From Oceanispirochaeta sp. (lineage in GTDB: Bacteria; Spirochaetota; Spirochaetia; DSM-2461): DNA of 64,000 bases. A program made the translations under genes and the position numbers. The notes beneath the pieces are model-generated. The model was not told the origin of the DNA. It saw only the letters and a list, made by a program, of their open reading frames with translations, and did no database searches. Of the stretch, positions 1 through 9,320 are shown piece after piece (within the stretch, counting starts at the first letter, position 1; each line of letters starts with the position of its first letter). The stretch lies in the NCBI GenBank assembly GCA_963663385.2, contig CAXXXD010000004.1:672001-736000 (forward strand), given 5' to 3'.

Positions 1-199
1 CCGGACCGGCTGCTTTATACTGAAAGGCGCCTGATACTTCCGCCGAAAGGTATACATCATCACGGTCAGGTGTTTCTGCTGCAAGGGTATACAGATGATG
101 TACCTCCCTGATCACTCTTCCGGCTTCCAGTGTGTCTGCTTTTCTCGTTTCGTATTCTTTCTCCAGGGAGCTGTTCCATCCCCAGGATTCTCTGCTCAT
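1..199 (-). CDS. rsgA: Ribosome small subunit-dependent GTPase A (RsgA) family, N-terminal part; runs off the window edge
   Basis: Manual translation from ATG 199: MSRESWGWNSSLEKEYETRKADTLEAGRVIREVHHLYTLAAETPDRDDVYLSAEVSGAFQYKAAGP. This fits the OB-fold N-terminus of long RsgA (GW..., GRV, A.VSG). ATGA overlap with the RNHCP stop; RNHCP-rsgA is a typical pairing. Confidence 0.7.
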   Translation of the reverse strand, partial: MSRESWGWNSSLEKEYETRKADTLEAGRVIREVHHLYTLAAETPDRDDVYLSAEVSGAFQYKAAGP

Positions 200-567
200 A
201 CAATTTTCTCCAAAGTGTTTTTAGCGGGGAACGGCAGCATGGTTATCGGCTTGGCTGCCAGCCTGAACAGGACCATTTCATTGTCATCCCCGGCGATTCT
301 GTTGGTTCGTATAAATCCACAGCTTTGACAGCGATGGATAACAGACCACTCTTTTGACGGTTTGACCCATACGCTGATAGGTTCCATCAGTCCCCGGCAG
401 CCGCATCTCCGGTCGCCTTTCTTAAGGTCCACATGCAGGCTCCAGAGGCAGTGGGGGCAGTGGTTCCGGTGAGATCCTCCCGTTTCAGGGGGAGGGACTG
501 TCATGCCGCAGTTACGGCAGATAAATGTGTTTGTATAGTTGTTGTCTCTGTGATTGTATCGGGACAT
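196..567 (-). CDS. RNHCP domain-containing protein (Zn-binding)
   Basis: FICRNCG...HRNHCPHCLWSLHVD...GDR...C.GLMEPI...IHRC..CG motifs; probable start MSRYN at 567. Confidence 0.92.
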   Translation of the reverse strand: MSRYNHRDNNYTNTFICRNCGMTVPPPETGGSHRNHCPHCLWSLHVDLKKGDRRCGCRGLMEPISVWVKPSKEWSVIHRCQSCGFIRTNRIAGDDNEMVLFRLAAKPITMLPFPAKNTLEKIV

Positions 568-696
568 ACCATTTTCCTTCTGGTGCAAAATTCTATGCAT
601 AAGGTATGTGATGTCCTGTTCAATTGGAATTGATTTTGGATTTTCCGATGGGAAATGACGGGCTGAAGAATTCCTATTTTAATAAATAAGAGTGAA

Positions 697-750
697 TCAG
701 CAGCCGCACGTTCCCTGAACAGGAACATCCCCAACAGCAATTGTAAACAT
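697..750 (-). CDS. Putative leader peptide MFTIAVGDVPVQGTCGC
   Basis: Strong SD (GAGGAGG) 5 nt before ATG 750, TGA at 697-699; lies between the promoter and RNHCP. Confidence 0.55.
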   Translation of the reverse strand: MFTIAVGDVPVQGTCGC

Positions 751-784
751 GTACGCCTCCTCAGGTAACTTAAGATAGTTTTAT

Positions 785-813
785 CTTATAGACCCTGGCA
801 GGGATTCTGTCAA
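785..813 (-). promoter_or_regulatory. sigma70-type promoter of the leader-RNHCP-rsgA transcript
   Basis: TTGACA-N17-TATAAG on the minus strand; inverted repeat TAAGATA-N4-TATCTTA at 771-788 overlaps the -10/TSS. Confidence 0.6.
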
Positions 814-839
814 GGTCTATTGAAAATGAGCGATCAGGA

Positions 840-2837
840 TCAGTGATCACTTAACAGTTTTCTTTTTACTGTTCCGTCTTCTGTCTGAAAATAGTTAATT
901 GTTTCAAACATGCTTTTTGCGGATTGAGAGAGCATCAGCGCTGTTGCAGACAGTTCTTCCGAAGCTGAGGCGTTTCTCTGAATAACCTTATCCAGTTCGA
1001 GGATCGCATCGTTTATCTGGGAAGCTCCGACCTTCTGTTCTCCGCTGGCCGCGCTGATCTCCTTGATCAGGTCAGCGGTGCTGTTTATTTCTGTAACAAG
1101 AGAGGCCAGCAGGGTGCTGGTTGTGCCGGCATTTTCCATGGTGATGGAAGACAGTTCCATAATGCTCCCCGCAGCATCCTGGCTTCTTTCGGCTAGTTTG
1201 CGCACTTCCGAGGCGACTACGGCGAAGCCTTTGCCGTGCTCACCTGCCCGGGCCGCTTCGATTGCCGCATTGAGGGCCAGCATATTCGTTTGTCTGGCTA
1301 TTTCTTCAATAATGGAAATTTTCTGTACTATCTCTTTCATGGCCTCCACGGCGCTGTTCATGGATTTGCTGTTCGATCCGGCATCCTGAGCTACCTTGAG
1401 GGCTATCACTTCGGTCTGGCGGGAATTGTCGGCATTCTGCATAATTACGGATGTCATTTCTTCCATGGAAGAGGAGACCTCCTCCGATGATGCAGCCTGT
1501 TCCGAAGCCCCTTCTGCAATCTGCTGGGAGGAGACATTCACCTGATCGCTGTTTACAGTCAGCTGCTTTGCTTCCTCCTTGATATTGGCGACAATGGACC
1601 GCAGAGAGGACACCATGTGTCCCAGGGCCTGTGTCAGGTCTCCAAACTCATCCTTTCTGTTCAGAAATTCCGCGGAAGGTTCCACAGTCAGATCTCCGCT
1701 GCTGATGGACTGGCTGAGATGCAGGGCTTCATCAATGGGTTTCAGCATTATGTTCAGAATAAAGATAATAAAAGCACTTAACAGGGCAACTGTTATGAGT
1801 GATACCACTATAAAGGCAAAAAGCTGCCTTCTTATGGGCTGCAGGATCTCTCCCTTGTTTACAGCCAGAAAACTTATCCAGCCGGTCTGTTTTATCCGGT
1901 CCGTAAACAGGATATAATCCGTTCCATCCTGCCGGTATTCAATATGCGAGAGTTTCCCCTCTGCAATAAGGGGCAGGGCGTCCTTCAATTCCTGCGGGAA
2001 ACTGTCATCCGTTGCGATGGATGCTTTCATAATCAGGTCTGAATTCGGGTGAGCTATAATCATTCCATCCGTGTCTGTAAGATAAGCCCGGGTTTCCACA
2101 TCCAGTTTAAGGGTCCTTATCAGGTCCTGAATGGTCGTAATGGATAGATCAATCGCAGTTGTACCAAGCAGTTTCCCCCCCTGTACCACAGCTTTTGCAG
2201 CGGTCACAACCAGCTCTCCGGTGACACCGTCTATATAGGGGGCAGTCAGTATGGTATCACTGCTGTTTATGGCGCTCATATACCACCCGCGGTTTCTCAG
2301 GTAAAAAGATTTTTTCCCCGTCCATGTTGCTGGATCCGTATAAAACTCCTGGGTATTCTCCACCCCGATATAGGTTAACAGGAGGGATGGGTTTTTATTT
2401 GTAATATTTTTAATGGACTGTACAAAATTCCTGTGTCTTTGCATCAGGTCCGGGTCTCTTGGTGTTGTTTCATCTGCTTCCGGTATGGACTCTGCCAGTT
2501 GCTTAATATTAGCCGGCAGGGCATCGTACTGACGCTTTTCCTCCTCCTGAGAAAGAGGAGGGGGCGAGGTAAAGTAGTAGCGGTAGCTGGTATCTTCCAT
2601 AAGGGACTGTATATTATAATCTTCAGCCATGACCTGAGGAATCATCATCTGTTCCTGCAGGAAACCCTCCACATCATTTACGGTGGCGTTCAGTCTGGCT
2701 TCCGCCTGGTTGTAGGTCGCCGAAATAAGAGTTGATGTAAATCTGGTAAATGTGATTATTCCGTTGATGGTAAATAGCACAATTACGATAAGGGTAATGA
2801 ACAGGGGCAATTTGAACTTGATTGAATGTATCTTCAT
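840..2837 (-). CDS. Methyl-accepting chemotaxis protein (dCache-HAMP-MA)
   Basis: Two TM segments, Cache motif RGWY...TAPYID, and signalling hairpin [40 protein letters not shown]. Confidence 0.95.
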   Translation of the reverse strand: MKIHSIKFKLPLFITLIVIVLFTINGIITFTRFTSTLISATYNQAEARLNATVNDVEGFLQEQMMIPQVMAEDYNIQSLMEDTSYRYYFTSPPPLSQEEEKRQYDALPANIKQLAESIPEADETTPRDPDLMQRHRNFVQSIKNITNKNPSLLLTYIGVENTQEFYTDPATWTGKKSFYLRNRGWYMSAINSSDTILTAPYIDGVTGELVVTAAKAVVQGGKLLGTTAIDLSITTIQDLIRTLKLDVETRAYLTDTDGMIIAHPNSDLIMKASIATDDSFPQELKDALPLIAEGKLSHIEYRQDGTDYILFTDRIKQTGWISFLAVNKGEILQPIRRQLFAFIVVSLITVALLSAFIIFILNIMLKPIDEALHLSQSISSGDLTVEPSAEFLNRKDEFGDLTQALGHMVSSLRSIVANIKEEAKQLTVNSDQVNVSSQQIAEGASEQAASSEEVSSSMEEMTSVIMQNADNSRQTEVIALKVAQDAGSNSKSMNSAVEAMKEIVQKISIIEEIARQTNMLALNAAIEAARAGEHGKGFAVVASEVRKLAERSQDAAGSIMELSSITMENAGTTSTLLASLVTEINSTADLIKEISAASGEQKVGASQINDAILELDKVIQRNASASEELSATALMLSQSAKSMFETINYFQTEDGTVKRKLLSDH

Positions 2838-2961
2838 TGATGACTCCTTTGAGATAAATTAAAAAATAGCAAACCTTTTTTCTAACTTATCTTAAATAAT
2901 AAAAGACCGGACTCTTTTCATTCCCTGTTTTTTCTGTGAATATAGAGTGTGGAGACGGTGA

Positions 2962-5508
2962 TTACCCATCTATGACTCTCTCTACTGCTTCGGTGAGTTT
3001 CTGAAGGGTAAATGGCTTCCGGATGAACTCCGCAACTCCCATATCCATAAGTTCCCGTATTCTTTCATCCTCACTGAATCCTGATGTCAGCAGGATTTTC
3101 ATGGAGGGAGCAAGGTCCCGTATACCCTCTATGGTTTCCTTGCAGGTCAGACCCGGCATAATCATATCCAGCAGAACAAGGTTTATCGCGGAGGGATCTC
3201 CGGTTATGGTTTCCAGAGCCTCCCTGCCGTTTCCTGCCGTCAGGATTTCGTAGCCGAAGGATTCCAGAATATTCCGTGTCATCTCCCTCAGGACTTCCTC
3301 ATCGTCCACTATCAGAATCCTTCCCCGGCCGGTTTTTACGGCTGTCCTCTTATCCTTCTCAGGTTCTTTCTGAGGGGGCTCTTTCAGAACCGGAAGATAG
3401 ATGCGGAAATCGCTGCCTTCCTGTTCAACCGATTTTACATCAATGAAGCCGGAATGGGATTGTATAATGGTATAGGCCATGGATAAGCCCAGGCCTAATC
3501 CTTTTCCTTTTTCTTTTGTTGTGTAAAAGGGGGTGAATATCTCCTGAATTTTATCGGCAGCAATCCCGATGCCTGTATCGGACACGGATATGCACCAGTA
3601 GGACTGCGATATATCATTATCGCATCGCTTGAGATAAGGATCATCTTTGCCGGCCAGCTTCAATGCAATGCCGAGAGTCCCGCCCCATGTCTGGTCGGGG
3701 GGTCTCATAATCGTCATGGCATGTTCCGCATTGATGCAGAAATTCAGAAGGACCTGCTCCAGCTGCCCGGTGTCGGCCTGTACTAAAGCCTTTCTTTCCG
3801 TATATTCCGGATTGAGCCGGACAGATTTATCCAGAGAATGGGAACAGATTTTAATAACATTGGTCACAACTTTGTTCAGATCTACGGGAGTCAGGGTTAT
3901 ATCCCTTTTTCTGGAAAGGGTCAGCAGGTTCTGTACAATCTCCGAGGCTCTCTCTGAACTGGCTTTCAGAATATCCAGATATTCCCGGAATTTTTCGCTC
4001 TCGATTTTCTTCTCTGTTTTGAACAGGTAGTCCATCAGAGATACGGTTGCGGTTATTCCTCCGAGGATATTGTTAAAATCATGGGCTATCCCTCCGGCCA
4101 GAATTCCGACTGTTTCCATCTTCTGGGTCTGCCGCAGCTCCTCTTCTGCTCTGACTAGACTGGTTATATCGTATATGAATCCATCGAGAAAACAGAATTC
4201 CCCTGTCTTCGAATAGATCGGCTGTCCTTTTTCTCTTACCCATCTGATTGAACCGTCTGCGTGATATATCCGGTAACTGAACTGATAGATGGATCTGTTT
4301 TCCATACTTTTCCTGATGGCCCGGCGTACCTGTTCCCTGTCATCCGGATGGATGGCAGCCCGGAAGAGTTCTTTCGATGTATCTGTAAAATCGGAGCCGG
4401 GGTAACCGGTTATCTGGGAAATATAGTCGCTGATATAGATTATATTCCTGCCTTCACCGTCAATGGAGCGGTAGACAGCTCCGGGAAGGTGATTCACCAG
4501 TGATCTGTAGCGGTTTTCACTCTGGATGAGATTTTCCTCCATCAGTTTCCTCTGTCTCAGTTCATCCTTCAGGGCGCGGGTTTTCAGAGATACCGCTTTT
4601 CTAAGGGATGTTATCCAGATAAGGATTGTTCCGGCTATCAGGAGCCCGGCGGAAAACAACCCCAGTAGAAATATGCGGAAAGCCCTGTGCTCCAGTAAAC
4701 GGCCCGCTTCAATCTGCACCCATTTCTGCCAGATCTTTTTCCTGGTGCGGGAAGAGACAGTGCTCAGGGCTTTATTTAAAATACTTTGAAGTTCGGGCCA
4801 GTCCTTTCTGACTGCAAAGGCAAGGGGGGCCCTGATCTCTGTGGTCCCCGCCAGTTTTATATTACTGTAGCCCTCCACTTCTATTGTATAAAGAATACTG
4901 GGAATAAAACCCACAAAGACATCAAGCTCACCAAAGGAAAGCCGGGCCAGACCTTCTTTAATGCTGTCTACAGGAATCAGGTCATACCAGGGATAATTGG
5001 TTTTAAGAAAATTATGGGGAATATAGCTGGATGCAACGCCTATCTTTTTCCCTTCCAGATCCTCAAGAGTCAGGTCTTTCTGCCCATCCTTGGGTATGAC
5101 AATCACCGCCTGAAGTGTAATAAAGGGATCCGTAAAATTCATATATTTCAGGCGGTCTTCGGTTGGAGCTGCTGCACCGAACATATCAACTTCCCGGGAT
5201 TTCGCTTTGCCAATCACTTCCTCCCAGGTTTCCGATCGGTCAATTTCAAAACGGAGGGGAAGCATCTGTTCCAGCAGGGAAATATAATCGGCGGCCACTC
5301 CTCTGTATTTCCCGTTTTCATCAAAGAACTCTATGGGTGGAAAAAGGGGGTCCGGTCCCACCCTGATGACAGGATGGTTTTCCAGCCAGAGCTTTTCCTG
5401 TTCCGTCAGTTCCGGCATTTCTCCAAATCTGTCCGGAGAGGAACAGGTAAACACTGTCATTAGGAGCAATATGAGGCAGAGAGTATAGGCCGGTCTGGAA
5501 TTTGACAT
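2962..5508 (-). CDS. Hybrid sensor histidine kinase (periplasmic SBP_bac_3-like, TM, PAS, HisKA, HATPase, receiver)
   Basis: IRVG.DP.FPP periplasmic domain, PAS IHPDD, H-box GGIAHDFNN, FYTTK..GKGLGLGL, receiver ILIVDDE...LLDMIMP. Confidence 0.93.
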   Translation of the reverse strand: MSNSRPAYTLCLILLLMTVFTCSSPDRFGEMPELTEQEKLWLENHPVIRVGPDPLFPPIEFFDENGKYRGVAADYISLLEQMLPLRFEIDRSETWEEVIGKAKSREVDMFGAAAPTEDRLKYMNFTDPFITLQAVIVIPKDGQKDLTLEDLEGKKIGVASSYIPHNFLKTNYPWYDLIPVDSIKEGLARLSFGELDVFVGFIPSILYTIEVEGYSNIKLAGTTEIRAPLAFAVRKDWPELQSILNKALSTVSSRTRKKIWQKWVQIEAGRLLEHRAFRIFLLGLFSAGLLIAGTILIWITSLRKAVSLKTRALKDELRQRKLMEENLIQSENRYRSLVNHLPGAVYRSIDGEGRNIIYISDYISQITGYPGSDFTDTSKELFRAAIHPDDREQVRRAIRKSMENRSIYQFSYRIYHADGSIRWVREKGQPIYSKTGEFCFLDGFIYDITSLVRAEEELRQTQKMETVGILAGGIAHDFNNILGGITATVSLMDYLFKTEKKIESEKFREYLDILKASSERASEIVQNLLTLSRKRDITLTPVDLNKVVTNVIKICSHSLDKSVRLNPEYTERKALVQADTGQLEQVLLNFCINAEHAMTIMRPPDQTWGGTLGIALKLAGKDDPYLKRCDNDISQSYWCISVSDTGIGIAADKIQEIFTPFYTTKEKGKGLGLGLSMAYTIIQSHSGFIDVKSVEQEGSDFRIYLPVLKEPPQKEPEKDKRTAVKTGRGRILIVDDEEVLREMTRNILESFGYEILTAGNGREALETITGDPSAINLVLLDMIMPGLTCKETIEGIRDLAPSMKILLTSGFSEDERIRELMDMGVAEFIRKPFTLQKLTEAVERVIDG

Positions 5509-5672
5509 ATACTAATAGTATAGTTTGGGGCTGATGGGCATTTCAAACGGATTGATCATTATCCCCAACAGAGATTTTGAGGAGTTTCTGGAAGTGCCGT
5601 TTCTCCGTTTCGAGTTCAGGCTTTGCTCATTTGGGAAAGTGCGAGGGGACCTTTTGTGAACAGGAGGTAAGC

Positions 5673-6190
5673 CTCGCCATCCATTCATCAGCATCGTGCT
5701 GATTCATTCCTGGCCGCCTCCGTTCCTGAAAAAACGTCCTGTTTTTTCGCGGTTTCACCGCCGGAACTCCGTTTCGAGTCGTAAGTTATTATAAAAAAAA
5801 GGATCACTAAATCGTGATCCTTAAATACTTTAGCAGGGGTAGGACTCGCCATCCATTCATCAGCATCGTGCTGATTCATTCCTGGCCGCCTCCGTTCCTG
5901 AAAAAACGTCCTGTTTTTTCGCGGTTTCACCGCCGGAACTCCGTTTCGAGTCGTAAGTTATAATAAAAAAAGGATCACTAAATCGTGATCCTTTAATACT
6001 TTAGCAGGGGTAGGACTCGCCATCCATTCATCAGCATCGTGCTGATTCATTCCTGGCCGCCTCCGTTCCTGAAAAAACGTCCTGTTTTTTCGCGGTTTCA
6101 CCGCCGGAACTCCGTTTCGAGTCGTAAGTTATAATAAAAAAAGGATCACTAAATCGTGATCCTTTAATACTTTAGCAGGGGTAGGACTCG
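5673..6190. repeat. Three near-identical 171-172 bp tandem repeats downstream of tRNA-fMet, each containing the tRNA 3' end and its terminator
   Basis: Unit starts (CTCG) at 5673, 5845 and 6016; the last unit ends inside the tRNA at 6190. Each unit carries TAGCAGGGGTAGGACTCG and the hairpin AAGGATCAC-TAAATC-GTGATCCTT. Confidence 0.95.
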
Positions 6191-6245
6191 AACCTACGGC
6201 CTTTGGGTTATGAGCCCAACGAGCTGCCAACTGCTCCACCCTGCG
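6173..6245 (-). tRNA. tRNA-Met(CAT), initiator (fMet) type, copy 1
   Basis: CGCAGGGTGGAGCAGTTGGCAGCTCGTTGGGCTCATAACCCAAAGGCCGTAGGTTCGAGTCCTACCCCTGCTA. C1:U72 mismatch, three G-C pairs in the anticodon stem, CCA not encoded. Confidence 0.95.
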
Positions 6246-6259
6246 TCGTTTGCTTGATG

Positions 6260-6288
6260 AATGTATAGTGTATGGGATTATTTGTCAA
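6260..6288 (-). promoter_or_regulatory. sigma70 promoter of tRNA copy 1
   Basis: TTGACA-N17-TACATT. Confidence 0.7.
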
Positions 6289-6392
6289 GAGAAATGTAAA
6301 AAAAAGTGATTATTAGATTTTTCGGGCTGCTTTGATGTTTCCTTCGTTGTACTATAGAGTCCCTGTTATGCAACTCAAAAGGAGAACTTCTC

Positions 6393-7139
6393 ATGCTTTT
6401 TGAAATTTTGACCCCTCTGGATTGGGGTATCCTTGCCTTTTTTACATTGCTGATCGGTATTGATAAAGCGGGATTACGGGGAACGAATATTGTCACGATC
6501 CCGGCTTTTGCGGCGTATTTCAGCGGAAAGGTCTCCGTTTCGATTGTGCTGGTGCTGTTCCTGGCGGGAGATTTCTGTGCCATTGTAATATACAGGAATA
6601 AAATCAGCTGGAAGCATCTGATCCGGCTTCTTCCGCCGGCCCTGGCAGGAATTATTGCCGGTATGCTCGTAGGAAATGCCCTGTCTGATTCGTTGTTCCG
6701 TTTCGTTATGGGAGTTCTCGTTTTAATCTGTCTGATTCTTATGATTTTAAAAGAACTGGGTAAGCTGGGATTTGAGGTTCCGGATCATTGGGCTTTGCAC
6801 GGTTTATTTGGCTCCATGGGCGGGTTCTCCTCCATGGTCGGGAATGCGGCCGGTCCTATCATGTCTTTTTACCTTCTGTCCATGAATCTTTCAAAGGAAA
6901 TATTTATTGGAACGGGAACCCTGTTTTTTCTTGTTATAAATCTGATCAAGCTTCCGGTACATGTTTTTGTCTGGAACTCTGTTTTTATGGATTCCCTGAT
7001 TATCGATCTGATTCTTTGTCCGTTTGTCCTTATCGGGGTCTTTATTGGATTGAAAATTGTGAAGAGGATTCCCGAGAGACCTTTCCGGTTTCTGATTATC
7101 GGGGCTGCTTTTCTGGCTACCTTGAAGTTGTTTATGTAA
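6393..7139 (+). CDS. Sulfite exporter TauE/SafE (TSUP) family membrane protein
   Basis: Hydrophobic; G.DKAGL.G, NAAGP.MSFYL and NLIKLP motifs. Confidence 0.85.
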   Translation: MLFEILTPLDWGILAFFTLLIGIDKAGLRGTNIVTIPAFAAYFSGKVSVSIVLVLFLAGDFCAIVIYRNKISWKHLIRLLPPALAGIIAGMLVGNALSDSLFRFVMGVLVLICLILMILKELGKLGFEVPDHWALHGLFGSMGGFSSMVGNAAGPIMSFYLLSMNLSKEIFIGTGTLFFLVINLIKLPVHVFVWNSVFMDSLIIDLILCPFVLIGVFIGLKIVKRIPERPFRFLIIGAAFLATLKLFM

Positions 7140-7144
7140 TGGCA

Positions 7145-7393
7145 TCCTGCCCCTGCTTTTTATAATGGGAAAGTGTGAGGAGTACATTTTTTACAGGAGG
7201 CTGGCCTCGCTTTATTTCGTCGGCATCGTGCCTCCTCAATTAAGCCGGCTACAGGATTAAATGGCATCCTGCCATTTGCGCTCCAGGTATTCGCGCCATC
7301 CTTCCGCTTCGAGTCCTGCCCCTGCTTTTTATAAATGAAAAAAGATCCGAATAAATCCGGATCTTTTTTCATTTAGCAGGGGCAGGACTCGAA
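7145..7393. repeat. tRNA-linked element downstream of tRNA copy 2
   Basis: TTCGAGTCCTGCCCCTGCT (7308-7326) is a perfect inverted copy of the tRNA 3' end (7375-7393) and flanks the palindrome AAATGAAAAAAGATCCG...CGGATCTTTTTTCATTT. TCCTGCCCCTGCTTTTTATAA is directly repeated at 7145 and 7314. Confidence 0.85.
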
Positions 7394-7446
7394 CCTGCGG
7401 CCTTTGGGTTATGAGCCCAACGAGCTGCCAACTGCTCCACCCTGCG
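7374..7446 (-). tRNA. tRNA-Met(CAT), initiator type, copy 2
   Basis: Identical to copy 1 except for a compensatory T-stem pair (GCAGG/CCTGC vs GTAGG/CCTAC). Confidence 0.95.
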
Positions 7447-7460
7447 TCGTTTGCTTGGTG

Positions 7461-7489
7461 AAGATAAAGGTTATCCGGAATAATGTCAA
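7461..7489 (-). promoter_or_regulatory. sigma70 promoter of tRNA copy 2
   Basis: TTGACA-N17-TATCTT. Confidence 0.7.
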
Positions 7490-7539
7490 GGGAAGTCTAT
7501 ATATATCTGCAACTATTCTTGATAAACCTGATTAACCGG

Positions 7540-8244
7540 TCAGAAACGGAAGAATCTTCTGTCTTCGTCTATGGCATCCTGCATAATGTGCTTGGCGTGG
7601 AAGAACAGAACAAATAACAGGGGGAGGCTGAGCCAGGCGAGAGCTCCTCCGTAAAACAGGAAGAAGTCATAGAGTCCGTGGTAGAAAACGGCCAGGAAGA
7701 GTCCCAGAGGGATGAGGTTTTTTCCTTCCATTTTTGTTCTGCCCATATAATAACCCATTACGGCGGAAGTGAGCCCGTGGAGGGGAACGGCCGTGACTCC
7801 CCTTGTCAGGAGGAGGGTCCATGAGTGATAACTGTTCATGGAATAGATAATATTTTCCAGAAAGGCAAAACCCAGACCGGCTGACACGGTGTATATGATG
7901 CCGTCTGTCACTTCGTCGAACGCCGGATGGGGGTAGATATGCTGTTTCACCATATAGAGCTTACAGCTCTCCTCAACCAGAGCCGTCACAACAAAGGCCC
8001 GGAAGGCTATCTGCATTAGCGGCGTCATCCCCGGGAGGGGCAGGTAGTCCAGAAGGAGTTCGATAATTACCGCCGGGATGGTTGAGAGAATTCCAAAGAA
8101 GAAGGCCTTGATAACAACCTGCCGGGGTTCCGGCCGGGGATCCCTCCTGTAAAAATAGTTCAGAAGAATCAGGGCCGGAATCAGCGCCAGCAGAAAGTTT
8201 ATAACCTGAGGCAGCAGCAGGAAGGCAAAGAGAAATCCTATCAT
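7540..8244 (-). CDS. prsW: PrsW family intramembrane glutamic protease
   Basis: D..PEP, LVEE..K, FDE..DG.IY, GLGFAFLEN, PLHG and HGLYD motifs. Confidence 0.9.
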   Translation of the reverse strand: MIGFLFAFLLLPQVINFLLALIPALILLNYFYRRDPRPEPRQVVIKAFFFGILSTIPAVIIELLLDYLPLPGMTPLMQIAFRAFVVTALVEESCKLYMVKQHIYPHPAFDEVTDGIIYTVSAGLGFAFLENIIYSMNSYHSWTLLLTRGVTAVPLHGLTSAVMGYYMGRTKMEGKNLIPLGLFLAVFYHGLYDFFLFYGGALAWLSLPLLFVLFFHAKHIMQDAIDEDRRFFRF

Positions 8245-9305
8245 TTATCCGCAATCCCGGTCTGACTCAGTATCCGGATAAACTCCCGATTCTGATCCTC
8301 TGTGCCGATGGTGAATCGGATCCACTCCTCCATCCCGAAAGAGGCAAGGGGGCGAATCGCCATACCTTCTGACAGGAACTCATTAAAAACGGCTTTACTG
8401 TCTTTATTCACTTTTATACAGATAAAATTGGCTTCTGTGGGATAATAGGTAAATCCAAGACGATCCAGTTCCCTGTAGAGGTATGCCTTTCCCTTCTCAC
8501 AGAGTTCCAGAGTGCGGGAAATGAATTCTCTGTCATCCATGGCCGCCGAACCTGCAAGCTGCGCCAGTATATTTACATTAAAAGCCTGCTTTGTACGCAG
8601 TACCTGCTGAATCAGTTCGGGATGAGCCATGGCATATCCCAGGCGAAGACCCGCAAGACCGTAAAGCTTGGAGAAGGTATGTGTAACAATAAGCTGTTTG
8701 TTTTCCATTATAAGGTCCCGACCGGAGGAAAAATCCGCAGAGGTGGCAAACTCCCCGTATGCTTCATCCAGAACGGTAAGGACGTGAGAGGGAACGGCAT
8801 TCAGGAAATCCTGTAATTCCCGCGTATTAAGGTATCGTCCGGTGGGATTGTTCGGGTTGCAGATAAAAACCAGAGAGGTTTTGTCTGTAATCTGGTCAAG
8901 GATTCCTTTCGTATCGTAGCGTCCCTCTATTAACGGGACCTTTTTTACGTGGCCGCCGTATAGAAGGCCCGAAAAGTTATACTCCGAGAAAGTTTCCCTG
9001 GCTGTGACAACTTCGTACCCTTCCTCAAGGTAGGTCCCGGCAATCATGGCGAATATCTCATCCGATCCATTCCCGGCAATGATGCACTCTTTGGGAAGAT
9101 TGTGATGGGCCGCTATGGTTTCGCAGAGAAGTCCTGACATCCCGTCGGGATAACGGTGCAGATGATTAAGTTCCTGAGATATGGCAGCCATCGCCCTGGG
9201 AGATGGTCCGAGGGGATTTTCATTTGATGAAAGTTTGACTGCTCCGGGTCGTGTTTTCCCGGCAACATAGAGTTCTACCGATTCGAGGGTTTTGCGGATT
9301 TTCAT
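8241..9305 (-). CDS. hisC: Histidinol-phosphate aminotransferase
   Basis: KLSSNENP, RYPD, GNGSDE, CNPNNPTG, DEAY, TFSK.YGLAGLRLGY. Confidence 0.93.
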   Translation of the reverse strand: MKIRKTLESVELYVAGKTRPGAVKLSSNENPLGPSPRAMAAISQELNHLHRYPDGMSGLLCETIAAHHNLPKECIIAGNGSDEIFAMIAGTYLEEGYEVVTARETFSEYNFSGLLYGGHVKKVPLIEGRYDTKGILDQITDKTSLVFICNPNNPTGRYLNTRELQDFLNAVPSHVLTVLDEAYGEFATSADFSSGRDLIMENKQLIVTHTFSKLYGLAGLRLGYAMAHPELIQQVLRTKQAFNVNILAQLAGSAAMDDREFISRTLELCEKGKAYLYRELDRLGFTYYPTEANFICIKVNKDSKAVFNEFLSEGMAIRPLASFGMEEWIRFTIGTEDQNREFIRILSQTGIADK

Positions 9306-9320
9306 GTAATCTCCTATTAT

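Noticed and set aside
5688..5930. 80-aa ORF (and 5512-5694) inside the repeats
   Set aside because: These are by-products of the repeat sequence, with no recognisable motif or SD.
5673..6190. Possible CRISPR array
   Set aside because: The units are 171-172 bp and near-identical throughout, with no unique spacers and no cas genes.
6393..7139. Integrated mobile element between the two tRNAs
   Set aside because: Both tRNAs are full length with their own promoters and there is no integrase; duplication is the simpler explanation.
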